A stretch of DNA of 64,000 nt, from contig NIVC01000173.1 of NCBI GenBank assembly GCA_002269645.1, positions 434,001 through 498,000 of the forward strand, written 5' to 3'. The notes beneath the pieces are model-generated. The model was not told the origin of the DNA and did no database searches. It was given only the letters and a program-made list of their open reading frames with translations. Positions 63,486 through 64,000 of the stretch are shown in pieces. Made by a program: the position numbers and the translations under genes. This stretch comes from Macrostomum lignano. Lineage: Eukaryota. Every line of letters begins with the position of its first letter. The stretch's first letter is position 1.

Positions 63486-64000
63486 GTAAATACTTTACTC
63501 AAAGTTGATATATTTTACTCATGGTCCACTTCATAGCGAAAAGAGTTAAGAAGCACTGTCAATAGGTAGAAAGTTTTCCGTATTTTCCAGAATCAACTGC
63601 AAATACTGCACATTCAGAAATTGCAAATCACTATTAAAATAATCTGTTCTGTCCCAGGTTGATTCCTTCATTTCATTCACGAGGCTGTTTGGTAGTTTCA
63701 CAAGTTAAAGTTTTTTTTCAAAACTATACAGGACACCGACGAATTTTTTTTGAAACGGGTCGTTTTGGCGGATTTTTTCTATGCCAAAACCTTATTTAAC
63801 GATAACCAAGACAGCTCATCCTAAGGAATCCATTTTCAGGCGTTTAGCTGGTCTTCAATAATACTCCATACATTTACGTTCAAAGTCGGCTCCACCACCG
63901 GCTATTCACTAATTTTAGGCCATCCAACGCAAAGTGACTCTACAGTTAGCTGAAGGTCTGAGCAAGCCGGGCCGGGGAACCACCATAGCCCTGCTTATCG

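Overview
Eukaryotic (animal) genomic DNA, not prokaryotic: GT-AG spliced genes, a eukaryote-type tRNA-Phe with a Pol III terminator, MITEs and SINEs. Gene content and GC-rich, Gly/Ala/Gln-rich exons suggest an invertebrate. A free-living flatworm such as Macrostomum is a guess, not shown by the sequence. Hand-summed, about 20 kb of the 64 kb is tandem repeat, and most long ORFs in the supplied track are translations of these arrays. I rebuilt nine spliced genes by hand with phase-consistent junctions: a cationic amino-acid transporter (5' part), a secreted bacterial-type sphingomyelinase-fold protein with substituted catalytic residues, an ATF7IP/Windei-like gene, a long-rod intermediate filament protein with an LMNTD1-type lamin-tail domain, a GM2-activator/ML lipid-binding protein, a somatostatin/allatostatin-C-type GPCR, an orphan secreted helical protein, a putative peptide precursor open in two frames, and an otopetrin (3' end missing). 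The best leads are the full-rod LMNTD1-like filament gene, the probable pseudo-sphingomyelinase, the two-frame precursor, inverted minisatellite arrays around the ML gene, and a sharply bounded CpG desert. Family assignments rest on motifs recalled from memory; no database searches were run.
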